Assembly: GCA_035551615.1 (NCBI GenBank)
Contig: DASZNC010000059.1
Span: 13,099-77,098 of the forward strand
DNA from: Acidimicrobiales bacterium
GTDB taxonomy: Bacteria > Actinomycetota > Acidimicrobiia > Acidimicrobiales > Palsa-688
DNA length: 64,000 nucleotides
Direction of reading: 5' to 3'
Shown here: one piece after another, positions 54,519 through 63,758 of the stretch
Layout of the letters: the number at the start of each line of letters is the position of its first letter
How positions within the stretch are numbered: position 1 is the first letter of the stretch
Notes under the pieces: model-generated
Seen by the model: only the letters and a program-made list of their open reading frames with translations
Databases searched by the model: none
Told to the model about the DNA's origin: nothing
Made by a program: the position numbers and the translations under genes

Positions 54519-55634
54519 GTGCGTTTCGGGATCTTCTTCGAGATGTCGACGCCGCGCCCGTTCTCCAGCGAGACCGATCACCTCGTGTACCACAACTCGC
54601 TGGAGCAGGCCCGGCTGGCCGACGAGCTCGGCTTCGACTGGGTGTGGTGCGTCGAGCACCACTTTCTCGAGGAGTACTCCCACTCCTCGGCCCCCGAGGT
54701 GACGCTGGCCGCAGTGGCGGCGCAGACCGAACGCATCCGGGTGGGCCACGGTGCCGTCGTCTGCGTGCCCGAGATGAACCATCCCATCCGGGTGGCCGAG
54801 CGGGCCGCCGTTCTCGACATCATCTCCAACGGCCGCCTCGAATTCGGCACCGCCCGGTCGTCGACGTGGACCGAGCTCGGCGGGTTCAATGTCGACCCGG
54901 ATGACACCAAGAAGACGTGGGACGAGTTCGTGCGGGTGCTGCCCCGGATGTGGGCGGACGGGCCGGTCGCCCACGACGGCCGCTGCTTCTCGATGCCGGA
55001 GCGCAACGTGCTGCCCAAGCCGATCCAGAAACCGCACCCGCCCATGTGGGTCACGGTCACCTCTCCCGGTACCGAGCTCGACGCCGCCGATCGGGGCCTG
55101 GGCTGCCTCGGGGTGGCATCGACGACCTACCAGGAGCAGGAGCGGCGCACCCAGGAGTACCACCGGCGCATCCGCAACTGCGACCCGGTCAGCAGCGTGG
55201 TCAACGATCAGGTCACGACCCTCAACTTCCTCTACTGCCACGAAGACGCCGATGTGGCGGCGGCCGGCGGCATGCGCATGGTGGGCCTGTTCGGGTTGAA
55301 CAACGCCCATCTCCTCTGGACCCGGGAGGCCTACCCGACCCGGGCCTACCAGTCGTTGGGCAACCTGGCCCCCGGCGGCGGCGCCGACCGGTCGTCGCCC
55401 GGTGATCCGCGAGGCATCCCCGAAGGGATCGGTGTCGGCGATCCGGACCGGTTGATCCGGGTCATCCAGCGATGGGAGGACATCGGCGTGACCGGTATCA
55501 ACTTCCTCCTGAACGCCTCCGAGACGATCCCTCAGGCCGACGTGCTGGCCAGCATGCGGTTGTTCGCATCCGAGGTTATGCCCAAGTTCATGGACAAAGG
55601 AGCGGCCTCCACGGCGGCCGGCGCCCCATGCTGA
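54519..55634 (+). CDS. LLM-class flavin/F420-dependent oxidoreductase
   Basis: VRFGIFFEMS...WVWCVEHHF...RLEFGTARS luciferase-like monooxygenase motifs. GTG start. Confidence 0.85.
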   Translation: MRFGIFFEMSTPRPFSSETDHLVYHNSLEQARLADELGFDWVWCVEHHFLEEYSHSSAPEVTLAAVAAQTERIRVGHGAVVCVPEMNHPIRVAERAAVLDIISNGRLEFGTARSSTWTELGGFNVDPDDTKKTWDEFVRVLPRMWADGPVAHDGRCFSMPERNVLPKPIQKPHPPMWVTVTSPGTELDAADRGLGCLGVASTTYQEQERRTQEYHRRIRNCDPVSSVVNDQVTTLNFLYCHEDADVAAAGGMRMVGLFGLNNAHLLWTREAYPTRAYQSLGNLAPGGGADRSSPGDPRGIPEGIGVGDPDRLIRVIQRWEDIGVTGINFLLNASETIPQADVLASMRLFASEVMPKFMDKGAASTAAGAPC

Positions 55635-56350
55635 GCGGCGCTGCGTCGTTGGACGAGCTGGCCCAGGCGGCGCCGACCATGCCTTCGCTCGACACCGGGG
55701 CGGTGACCCTGGTCCAGGCCGAGGTCCTGCAGGCGTCGTTCGAGATGGCCTACGCCAGCCGGGAGATCACGCTCCCGCCCGGGCTGCACCCGACCACCCC
55801 GCCGCTCATGGTCGTGCTGGCCTGGTCGATGGCCGACAGCCCCTGGGGATCGTTCGCCATGGCCCAGACCCGGGTCTCATGCCGCAGCGGCGTGCGGCCC
55901 CGGGGTTTCGTCACCGGCTGTGTCACCACAACGGAGGCCGCCGCCACCGCCCTATCGGAGCGGTGGGGCCTGCCCGCTCGCGTCGGCCGGGTCAGCCTGG
56001 TCCGCCGCTTCGACGCCGTCGAACTGTCGGTGGGCGACAGCCTGGCGCTGACCGGGCTGGACCCCGACCCGCTCGGTGCCGGCGACGTGCAGTACACGGT
56101 GACGGCGACGCTGGCCCACACCCCCAAGGGTCTGCGGCTGGTGCAGGTCGAGCCGGATTACGAACTTCGACGGGTGGAGAGGGTCAGACCCCGCCTGGAC
56201 CGATTCGATGCCGGGGCATGGGGCAGCCCCGACCTAACCCCGCGCCATCCGGTGACGGCGACCATCGCCGTCGGTGACATCACCGTGCCGGCGCTGAGGT
56301 TCTTGTCCCGACCCGATGTGATGGCCTTCGAAGGAACGGAGACGGTGTGA
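55628..56350 (+). CDS. hypothetical protein, possibly acetoacetate-decarboxylase-like fold
   Basis: Its ATG overlaps the LLM stop (ATGCTGA). LPPGLHPTTPPLMVVLAW and later beta-rich segments resemble the ADC-like family. Tentative. Confidence 0.5.
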   Translation: MLSGAASLDELAQAAPTMPSLDTGAVTLVQAEVLQASFEMAYASREITLPPGLHPTTPPLMVVLAWSMADSPWGSFAMAQTRVSCRSGVRPRGFVTGCVTTTEAAATALSERWGLPARVGRVSLVRRFDAVELSVGDSLALTGLDPDPLGAGDVQYTVTATLAHTPKGLRLVQVEPDYELRRVERVRPRLDRFDAGAWGSPDLTPRHPVTATIAVGDITVPALRFLSRPDVMAFEGTETV

Positions 56351-57093
56351 TGGATCGATTGAACGGCAAGGTCGCCCTGGTGACCGGAGGGGCATCGGGG
56401 ATCGGCCTGGCCTGCAGCCAGCGGTTCGCCTCGGAAGGGGCCACGGTCACCGCCCTCGACCTCGAGGGCGGTGACTACAAGGTCGACGTGCGCGACGAGC
56501 AGGCCGTGGCTGCGGCGGTGGATGCGGTGGTCGCCGCCCACGGGCGCATCGACATTCTCGTCAACTCAGCCGGCATCGCCGGCGGTGGGCCGGTGCACAT
56601 GGTCGATGCCGCCGACTGGCAGAAGGTGATCGATGTCAACCTGACGGGCACGTTCCTGGTCTCCAAGCACGCACTGCGTCATATGGTCACGCAACGATCG
56701 GGCAGCATCGTCAACATCTCCAGCATCGAGGGCATCCAGGGCACCGAGGGAGGCAGTTCCTACAACGCGTCGAAGGGGGGCGTAGTGATGCTCACCAAGA
56801 ACATGGCCATCGACTACGGGCGGGCCGGCATCCGGGTCAACTGCATCTGCCCCGGGTTCATCGACACCCCCCTGCTGAACGCGGTGATGGGCCAGGAAGC
56901 CATGTCCAAGGTGCGCGACCACTACGAGGATCTGCACGTCCTGGGTCGGTTCGGCCGGCCCGAGGAGATCGCCTCGGCCGCCGCCTTCCTGGCGTCCGAC
57001 GATGCGTCGTTCGTCACCGGCCACCCCTTGGTCGTCGATGGCGGGTTCACCGCCGGCACCCGATCCTTCCTGAGCGACTTCATGGGCATCTGA
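56347..57093 (+). CDS. SDR-family oxidoreductase (3-oxoacyl-ACP reductase-like)
   Basis: GKVALVTGGASGIGLA, NSAGI, S-x12-YNASK catalytic residues. Its start overlaps the upstream stop. Confidence 0.85.
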   Translation: MMDRLNGKVALVTGGASGIGLACSQRFASEGATVTALDLEGGDYKVDVRDEQAVAAAVDAVVAAHGRIDILVNSAGIAGGGPVHMVDAADWQKVIDVNLTGTFLVSKHALRHMVTQRSGSIVNISSIEGIQGTEGGSSYNASKGGVVMLTKNMAIDYGRAGIRVNCICPGFIDTPLLNAVMGQEAMSKVRDHYEDLHVLGRFGRPEEIASAAAFLASDDASFVTGHPLVVDGGFTAGTRSFLSDFMGI

Positions 57094-57116
57094 TCGTCTG
57101 GACCGATGCCCGCCAC

Positions 57117-57848
57117 TCAGGCCGGCACGTGGGCCAGGAGCCACTCCCGGGTCTGCTCGGTGGCGGACGCAATCAGTTCGGGCGAGTCCTTCCACGGGTC
57201 GATCAGATCGGCGTGGGGGGCCAGCCGGGCCACCTCGCGACCGGCGTCGCCGGGGTGGAAATCGTCGATGCCGGGCAGCACCAGCATCGGTACCGGGCAA
57301 CCGGCGATGGCGTCCCGGTCGACGCTGACCACGAAGTCGTCGCGCCACATGGCGGCCAGGAAGGCGTCCACATCCGGACGGGTCAGGTCGTCGCGGGCGG
57401 CGACCAGCTCATCGGCCCATGACGTCTGCAGCCCCTTGAACAGGTGGGCGTTGTCCCCGGTCACACCGATCGGCTGCTCCAGAACGGCGGCCACCACGCG
57501 CTCGGGCGCCCGCTCGGCCAGCTTCAGGATGAACGAACCGCCGATGCAGCAACCGAGGACCAGGAAACGGTCGATGCCCAGGTGGTCGAGCAGGGCCAAC
57601 TGGTCGTCGGCGTAGGCCCCCCATGGGTCGCCGGCGTCGAGCGGACCACGGGACGACCCGGCGTTGCGCTGATCCATGGCCACCATCCGGAAGGCGGCCT
57701 CGTACGACACCCACGGGTTCAGCGCTGCGTGTTGCCAGAACTCGACGGTCGAGCGCATGCCACCGGGTGCGAGAAGCAGGAGGGGGAATCCATCACCCCG
57801 TTCCTCGTAGTAGATGATGGTGGTGTCGTCGCGCACGAAGGTCGGCAT
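57117..57848 (-). CDS. alpha/beta hydrolase fold protein
   Basis: HG-like N-terminus and a GCCIGG nucleophile-elbow variant (GxSxG with Cys/Ser position). 243 aa. Confidence 0.75.
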   Translation of the reverse strand: MPTFVRDDTTIIYYEERGDGFPLLLLAPGGMRSTVEFWQHAALNPWVSYEAAFRMVAMDQRNAGSSRGPLDAGDPWGAYADDQLALLDHLGIDRFLVLGCCIGGSFILKLAERAPERVVAAVLEQPIGVTGDNAHLFKGLQTSWADELVAARDDLTRPDVDAFLAAMWRDDFVVSVDRDAIAGCPVPMLVLPGIDDFHPGDAGREVARLAPHADLIDPWKDSPELIASATEQTREWLLAHVPA

Positions 57849-57919
57849 CGGCTGGAACCTACCTGACCGCGGCCATCACGGCCCTGATCGCTACGGCACG
57901 CAGCAGTACGTTCGTAGCG

Positions 57920-58816
57920 GTGAGGATCTTCCGCTTCGACCACGAGGTGTCCCGCCCGGTGACGGCGTTCGGATCCGACTTCCGGATCGGACCGCTCGTC
58001 GACGCCGATCAAGCCTGTATCAGGGTCATCCACCTCGGGCCGGGCGGCCGCATCGGCCGTCACCCGGCCGCGACCAGGCAGCTGCTAGCCCTGCTGGCCG
58101 GCGAGGGCTGGGTCGCCGGGCCGGACGGGACCAGGCGGACAGTGATGGCCGGCCACGCCGCCGAATGGCCGGCCGGCGAGGAGCACGAAGCCGGTTCGGA
58201 CACCGGGTTCACGGCGGTCTGTGTGGAGGGGCAGTTCACGACCACGTCCATGGCGGTGACCCGGGAGATCGTGGTGAGCGACTACGACCCGGCGTGGCCG
58301 GAATGGTTCGAAACGGTGCGGGCCCAGGTCTGGCCGGCGGTGGCCGAACTGGCCATCCGCATCGACCACGTGGGCTCCACTTCGGTGCCCGGGCTGGCCG
58401 CCAAGCCGATCATCGACATGGACATCGTCGTCGCCGACCGGAGCCGGGTCCGGCCGGTGATCGAGGCCCTGGCCGGGCTCGGCTACGAGTGGCGCGGTGA
58501 TCTCGGGGTGGTCGGGCGCGAGGCCTTCCTGCCGCCCACCGGCGCCCATCTACCCGCCCACCACCTGTATCTGGTGGTCGAGGACTCGAAGCCGCACCTG
58601 GAGCACTGGCTCCTGCGCGATCTGCTGCGCGCCGACGGAGCGTCCCGGCAGGCCTACGCCGACCTGAAGCGCCACAACGCCGAAGCGTCGGCCGGCGACA
58701 TCGACTACTACGTCGCGGCCAAGGCGGCGTTGGTCGCCGATCTGCTCACCCGGGCCCGGGCCGAGCGGGGTCTGCCGGCGGCCCTCTACTGGGATCCGGA
58801 GCTGCCCCGCGGATAG
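57920..58816 (+). CDS. cupin domain fused to GrpB (UPF0157, nucleotidyltransferase-like) domain
   Basis: N-terminal ~120-aa cupin-like beta region. C-terminal IDHVGSTSVPGLAAKPIIDMDIVV GrpB signature. Confidence 0.7.
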   Translation: MRIFRFDHEVSRPVTAFGSDFRIGPLVDADQACIRVIHLGPGGRIGRHPAATRQLLALLAGEGWVAGPDGTRRTVMAGHAAEWPAGEEHEAGSDTGFTAVCVEGQFTTTSMAVTREIVVSDYDPAWPEWFETVRAQVWPAVAELAIRIDHVGSTSVPGLAAKPIIDMDIVVADRSRVRPVIEALAGLGYEWRGDLGVVGREAFLPPTGAHLPAHHLYLVVEDSKPHLEHWLLRDLLRADGASRQAYADLKRHNAEASAGDIDYYVAAKAALVADLLTRARAERGLPAALYWDPELPRG

Positions 58817-58946
58817 GCGGACCGCGGCCTCAGCCGGGCCGAGCGGGTCTGCGGGCGGCCGTCTACCGGGATACGGAACTGTCCCGCAGATAGGCGGCTC
58901 CGCTCCGGCCCGGCCTGGTACGCGTGCGCCGGGGTAGCGTTCGGGC

Positions 58947-59732
58947 ATGGCCGACCAGCTACTGACCGAGCGCAACGGCGCGGTGACCGTCATCACGCTC
59001 AACCGACCGGACCGGATGAACACCATCAGCGGGACGATGCTCAGCGAACTGAGCACCGCCCTCCTCGAAGCCGACCGCAACCCCGAGGTGCGGGCCGTCG
59101 TCCTGACCGGAGCCGGCCGGGCCTTCTGCGCCGGGCTCGATCTGGAGGAGCAATCGAGCGGTTCCGGCCTCGACATCGGCGGCCGATCGGGCGAGTTCGA
59201 CCTGCGCGATGCGCCGCCCATCGTGCTGCACGAGATCGACGTGCCCACCATCTGCGCTCTCAACGGCGGGGCCGCCGGCTACGGCATGGACCTGGCCCTG
59301 GGCTGCGACATCCGCATCGCCGCCGAGAACGCCAAGATGGCGCCGGCTTTCACTAAGCGCGGCGTACTGCCCGAATCGGGCGGCACCTGGCTCCTGCCCC
59401 GCCTGGTCGGGGCATCCGTCGCCGCCGAGATCTTCTTCACCGGCGAGACGCTCGGGTCGGACCGGCTGCTGGAGCTCGGTCTGGTCAGCCGGGTGGTCCC
59501 GGCCGGCGACCTGATGGGAGCGGCCATGGACGTGGCCAACCGGGTCGCGGCCAACGCCCCGCTCGCCGTGCGGGCGGCCAAGCGGATGCTCCGCTACGGC
59601 GCCGAGGAGGGCTTCTCGGCGCACGTGCAGCGGGTGTACCTCACCCTGCTGCCACTGTTCCGGACCAAGGACTTCCGGGAGGGCATGATGTCCTTCCTCG
59701 AGAAGCGACCGGCCGACTTCCAGGGCCAGTAA
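58947..59732 (+). CDS. enoyl-CoA hydratase/isomerase (crotonase) family protein
   Basis: ITLNRPDRMN, GAGRAFCAGLDL, ICALNGGAAGYGMDLAL motifs. Confidence 0.85.
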   Translation: MADQLLTERNGAVTVITLNRPDRMNTISGTMLSELSTALLEADRNPEVRAVVLTGAGRAFCAGLDLEEQSSGSGLDIGGRSGEFDLRDAPPIVLHEIDVPTICALNGGAAGYGMDLALGCDIRIAAENAKMAPAFTKRGVLPESGGTWLLPRLVGASVAAEIFFTGETLGSDRLLELGLVSRVVPAGDLMGAAMDVANRVAANAPLAVRAAKRMLRYGAEEGFSAHVQRVYLTLLPLFRTKDFREGMMSFLEKRPADFQGQ

Positions 59733-59765
59733 GGGAATTTCGGCGTGGCGCAGCTGGGGGCGACC

Positions 59766-60779
59766 ATGCCGGCGGCGGTGTACAAGGGCCGCCGCACGGT
59801 GCAGGTCGAAGAGGTGCCGGTCCCGAACGTCGGCCCCGGCCAGGTACTGATGGAGGTCAGTCACTGCGGCATCTGCGGCAGCGACCTCCACATGATCATG
59901 GAGGACTGGGGCACCCCGGGATCGATCAGTGGGCACGAGTATTCGGGCGTACTGGTCGAGATCGGCGAGGGCACCTCAGGGTGGTCAGCCGGCGACCGGG
60001 CCATCGGCGGCCCCAGCCGGGGCTGCGGCCGCTGCGAGTGGTGCCGGTCGGGGCGGACCAACCTGTGTGCCAACAAACCGAAATTCGGGATCGACCCGTT
60101 CGTCGGCGCCTTCGCCAGGTACAAGCTGATCGACGCCGACTGCCTCTACCGGGTCCCCGACGGCCTGGAACTCCGGTCAGCGGCGCTGACAGAACCGCTG
60201 GCGGTGGCGCTCAGAGGCGTCCGCCGGGCCGGTCCGTCGGCCGGGCGTCCGGTGCTGGTCACCGGGGGTGGCCCGATCGGCCAGCTCACCGTCGCCGTGC
60301 TGATCGCCGACGGCGTCACCGACATCACGGTGAGCGAGCCGTCCGAGGTGCGCCAGGACCTGGTGCGGAGGATCGGCGCATCGCGCGTGATCCGGCCCGA
60401 CGAGCTGCACAGCCCGCCACTGCCCATGGACGTGGCCGACGGTGCCTACGCCGCCGCCTTCGAGTGTTCGGGTCGGCCGGAGGCCATGGAGGTGGCCCTC
60501 GACAACCTGGACCGGGCCGGGATGCTGGTGCTGTCCGGCACCGGGATGAAGCGGCCCCGATTCGACTCGAACCGGATCATCCTCAACGAACTCGTGATCA
60601 CCGGCACGGTCGAGTACACCCCGGCCGATTACGACGCAGCCATAGATTTGCTGGCGTCGGGACGGCTGCCGGTCGACGCCCTGGTGGAGGCCGAGGACCA
60701 GCCCCTCGACCGGGTCCAGTGGGCGATGGAGCAACTGAGCCGGGGCGACCTGGCCGGAAAGGTGATGGTGGCCCCGTAA
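59766..60779 (+). CDS. zinc-dependent alcohol dehydrogenase (MDR; sorbitol/threonine dehydrogenase-like)
   Basis: GICGSDLH, GHEYSG, CGRCEWC structural zinc, VTGGGPIGQL Rossmann. The ATG at 59766 is preferred over the ORF-track GTG at 59745. Confidence 0.85.
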   Translation: MPAAVYKGRRTVQVEEVPVPNVGPGQVLMEVSHCGICGSDLHMIMEDWGTPGSISGHEYSGVLVEIGEGTSGWSAGDRAIGGPSRGCGRCEWCRSGRTNLCANKPKFGIDPFVGAFARYKLIDADCLYRVPDGLELRSAALTEPLAVALRGVRRAGPSAGRPVLVTGGGPIGQLTVAVLIADGVTDITVSEPSEVRQDLVRRIGASRVIRPDELHSPPLPMDVADGAYAAAFECSGRPEAMEVALDNLDRAGMLVLSGTGMKRPRFDSNRIILNELVITGTVEYTPADYDAAIDLLASGRLPVDALVEAEDQPLDRVQWAMEQLSRGDLAGKVMVAP

Positions 60780-61222
60780 TGCCCAAGCCCGGCACGCCCC
60801 GGTTCAACCACGTGGCCATGAGCGTCCCCGCCGATCTCCTGGATGAGGGGGGGCGGCGTGAGATCGTCTCCTTTTACCGCGAGGTCTTCGGATGGCAGGA
60901 ACTCCCGACCGAGACGGTCAACCGCGAGAAGCTGATCCTCAGCGCCTACTCCTACGACCAGTTCGTGTTCCTCATCGCCGAGGAGAAGCCGATGATGGCG
61001 CCCCGGCTGGACCATTTCGGGATGGGCGTCGCCAGCATCGAGGAGCTCGACGACTTCTACGGGCGGGCCCTCGCCTACCGGGACAAGGACGACCGGGTCG
61101 ACATCATCGACAAGCAGGTCGAGCACCATCCGGGCCTGGACCTGACCAGCTTCTACGTCGGGTACCTCCTGCCGTTGATGGTGGAGGTCCAACATTTCGC
61201 CTTCCAAATCCCGTCCGAATAG
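60779..61222 (+). CDS. VOC/glyoxalase-fold family protein
   Basis: Its ATG overlaps the upstream stop (TAATG). 147 aa: FNHVAMSVPADL ... REVFGWQELP ... DHFGMGVASIEEL. Confidence 0.6.
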   Translation: MPKPGTPRFNHVAMSVPADLLDEGGRREIVSFYREVFGWQELPTETVNREKLILSAYSYDQFVFLIAEEKPMMAPRLDHFGMGVASIEELDDFYGRALAYRDKDDRVDIIDKQVEHHPGLDLTSFYVGYLLPLMVEVQHFAFQIPSE

Positions 61223-61227
61223 AATAA

Positions 61228-61385
61228 TATTCGGGTGACGGCGCGATTCCGTCCTGAGCGGTAACAGCCCGCAGATCCCGCCGCCGGCGGGATGGTCCGG
61301 TGCGAGCCCGGAGCCAACGGTGACAGTCCGAGCAGACCAACTGGTTGGCGCCCGCCCGGCGCCTCGGATGTGAACGTCGGAGAAT
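61228..61385 (+). ncRNA. putative FMN riboswitch (RFN element) with GGCGCC-loop-GGCGCC expression-platform hairpin
   Basis: UUCGGGUGAcGG...AUUCCgucCugaGCGGUAacAGCCCGC and AGCCaACgGUGAcAGUCCGagcAGA resemble the conserved FMN-aptamer segments. It sits directly upstream of a riboflavin-biosynthesis gene, with a GGAGAA RBS just before the ATG. Confidence 0.55.
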
Positions 61386-61388
61386 CGC

Positions 61389-62621
61389 ATGTACAACGGA
61401 AGAATCACTGAAATCGGCATCATCACTGCCACTACTGTAGGCCGGCGGCGATCGATCGTCGTCGCCGCGAACAAGACCGCCGGCCTGGTCGCCCCCGGAG
61501 GTTCGGTGGCCGTTAACGGCACCTGCCTGTCGGTGACCGGCGTGGGCGACGACTGGTTCGAAGCCGACTTATCGGAGGAGACGGCGGCCCGCACCACGCT
61601 CGACGAATGGCCGGCCGGCCACGCCGTCAACCTGGAGGTCCCGCTCCGGGTCGGCGATCCGCTCGACGGGCACCTGGTGCAGGGCCACGTGGATGGCGTC
61701 GGCAAGGTGACCCATGTCGAGGTGGACGAGCTGGGTGGGCGGCGGGTGTGGATCCGTCCGCCCAAACGGTTGATGGACGATGTCGTCGGCAAGGGGTCGG
61801 TGGCGGTCGACGGCGTCAGCCTGACCGTCGCCGAGCGGCTGGCCGACAGATTCTCGGTGGCCCTCATCCCGGTCACCCAACGGGAGACGACGCTCGGCTC
61901 GGTCGCCGACGGCCAAAGGGTCAACCTGGAATCCGACCTGTTCGCCAAGTCGGCCGGCGAGTTGCACGCCGCCGCCCGCCTGGTCGCGGCTCGGACGCTG
62001 GCCGCGCTGCCGTGGGCCGGCGAGCTGCGGGGCCGGGCCGGCGTCGACAAATGCGCCGCCCATCTGGCCACCGGTGGCGGGGTGCTGATCTACGACCCCG
62101 ACCGCGAGGCGGAGGCCGACATCGTCTTCGCCGGCGCCGGGTTCCGGCCGGAGTCGATGGCGTTCCTCCTGACCCACGCCTGCGGGCACACGACCGTCCC
62201 GTGCGACCGGGCCCGCCTGGACCGGCTCGAGATCGAGGCCCTGCCCGGGCCCGGGGACCGCCACGGGACGGCACCGCACGTTCCGGTCGACCTGGCGGCT
62301 GGTACCGGTACCGGCGTGTCAGCCTTCGACCGGGCGGCCACCATCCGCCGGCTGGCCCACCCCGACGCCGTCCCATCCGACTTCCTGCGGCCCGGGCACG
62401 TCTTCCCCCTGGGCGCTCGACCCGGCGGGTTAGCCGAGCGGCGGGGTCACACCGAAGCGTCGCTGGCTCTCTGCCAGGTCGCCGGCCGGCCGACGGTAGC
62501 GGTCATATGCGAGGTGATGGGGCCGGACGGCCGGATGTTGAACGGCTCCGCCGTGGAGCGGTTCGCCCTGCGCTGGTCCCTGCCCATGATCAGCGTGGAC
62601 GACCTGGCTGGCGTCGCCTGA
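61389..62621 (+). CDS. bifunctional riboflavin synthase (alpha chain) / 3,4-dihydroxy-2-butanone-4-phosphate synthase fusion
   Basis: N-terminal tandem lumazine-binding repeats (MYNGRITEIG..., GHLVQGHVDGVGKV..., VALIPVTQRETTLG). C-terminal DHBP synthase motifs (DREAEADIVFAG, RPGHVFPL, RRGHTEASL). Confidence 0.85.
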   Translation: MYNGRITEIGIITATTVGRRRSIVVAANKTAGLVAPGGSVAVNGTCLSVTGVGDDWFEADLSEETAARTTLDEWPAGHAVNLEVPLRVGDPLDGHLVQGHVDGVGKVTHVEVDELGGRRVWIRPPKRLMDDVVGKGSVAVDGVSLTVAERLADRFSVALIPVTQRETTLGSVADGQRVNLESDLFAKSAGELHAAARLVAARTLAALPWAGELRGRAGVDKCAAHLATGGGVLIYDPDREAEADIVFAGAGFRPESMAFLLTHACGHTTVPCDRARLDRLEIEALPGPGDRHGTAPHVPVDLAAGTGTGVSAFDRAATIRRLAHPDAVPSDFLRPGHVFPLGARPGGLAERRGHTEASLALCQVAGRPTVAVICEVMGPDGRMLNGSAVERFALRWSLPMISVDDLAGVA

Positions 62622-62740
62622 CGGCGTGGCCGGCGTCGCCTGACGGGGTGGCCGGCGGCGGCGCCGGTCGCGGGGGCGCCGGTCGGGGCCGGCCGCGTCG
62701 CCTGACGGCGTGGGCAGCCGGCTGCTCGTCGCCTGGCGCC
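62610..62740. repeat. 22-nt GC-rich tandem repeat GGCGTCGCCTGACGGCGTGGCC (3 good + 2 degenerate copies) overlapping the 3' end and stop codon of the rib fusion gene
   Basis: Read directly. The first unit contains the gene's TGA stop and is then reiterated downstream. Confidence 0.5.
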
Positions 62741-62762
62741 GGCCGATCTCGGAATCTTGTCG

Positions 62763-63758
62763 CTATTGGCCGGCGGCGAGAAGGGCGGCCTGCTCACGGG
62801 CGGCCGAGTAACCGACTCTGCCCTCCTCCAGGCTGGGCGGGTCGCCCTCCGTCTCGAGCCACCGCCAGGTGGACTCGACCGTGTCGGCGATCGGCCGGCA
62901 GACCATGCCCGCCTTGTGCACCTTGTTGGTATTGCCGGCATGCAGGCCGGCCGCCTCCCCTTCGGGCGGCAGCCAGATCGGCAGCTCGGTCCAGGGGGAT
63001 ATGCCCTGGGCCTCGACCAGATCGGGTGTCACCCAGACCAGTTCGGCCCGCCCGCCGGTCACCCGGTTGGCGGTCTCGAGCAGTGCACCCATCGTCGTGT
63101 GGCCGGCCCGGCTGACCGTGTCGAACACGCCACCCCGACCGGCGGCCGCCATATCCAACATCCATGAGGCCAGATCCCGGCCGTCGATGTACTGCAGCGC
63201 CCGCCCGGGCGGACCTGGGCACAGCACCGGCCCACCGCGTTCTAGCCGGCGCAGCCACCACGGCAACCGCCCTATCAACTCATACGGCCCCAATATCAAA
63301 CCAGCCCGCGCCACCAGGGCCCGGTCACCGAAGGCCTCCAGGGCGGCCAGCTCCCCGCCCCGCTTGGCCGAGGCGTAATCCCCGGATTCGGTCGACGACG
63401 GGTCGCCGGCCACCACCGGTCCGGTCTCGTCCAGCCCGGCAGCGATCGGCCACTCGTACACCGAGCGACTCGACACGTATCCGAAGTGCCGGGCCCGGCC
63501 GGCCAGCAGCTGGGCCGCGTCACGAACCGGGGCCGGGGCGGCGCTCCAGGTGTCGACCACTGCGTCCCACTTCCCGTCGCCCAGGACCTCCTCGAGCTGC
63601 CCGGGAGCCAGCCGATCTGCGATCAGCAGTTCGGTGCCTGGCGTCCGATGGCCACTCGTCCCGCGGTTGACCATCGTCACCAGCCACCCCCGTGCCACCG
63701 CCTCCTCGACGATGCACCGGCCGACATGATGGGTCCCGCCCAGCACCAGTAGGTCCAT
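62763..63758 (-). CDS. NAD-dependent epimerase/dehydratase family protein (atypical SDR)
   Basis: MDLLVLGGTHHVGRCIV (GxxGxxG), Y-x3-K (YASAK). 331 aa. Confidence 0.8.
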   Translation of the reverse strand: MDLLVLGGTHHVGRCIVEEAVARGWLVTMVNRGTSGHRTPGTELLIADRLAPGQLEEVLGDGKWDAVVDTWSAAPAPVRDAAQLLAGRARHFGYVSSRSVYEWPIAAGLDETGPVVAGDPSSTESGDYASAKRGGELAALEAFGDRALVARAGLILGPYELIGRLPWWLRRLERGGPVLCPGPPGRALQYIDGRDLASWMLDMAAAGRGGVFDTVSRAGHTTMGALLETANRVTGGRAELVWVTPDLVEAQGISPWTELPIWLPPEGEAAGLHAGNTNKVHKAGMVCRPIADTVESTWRWLETEGDPPSLEEGRVGYSAAREQAALLAAGQ

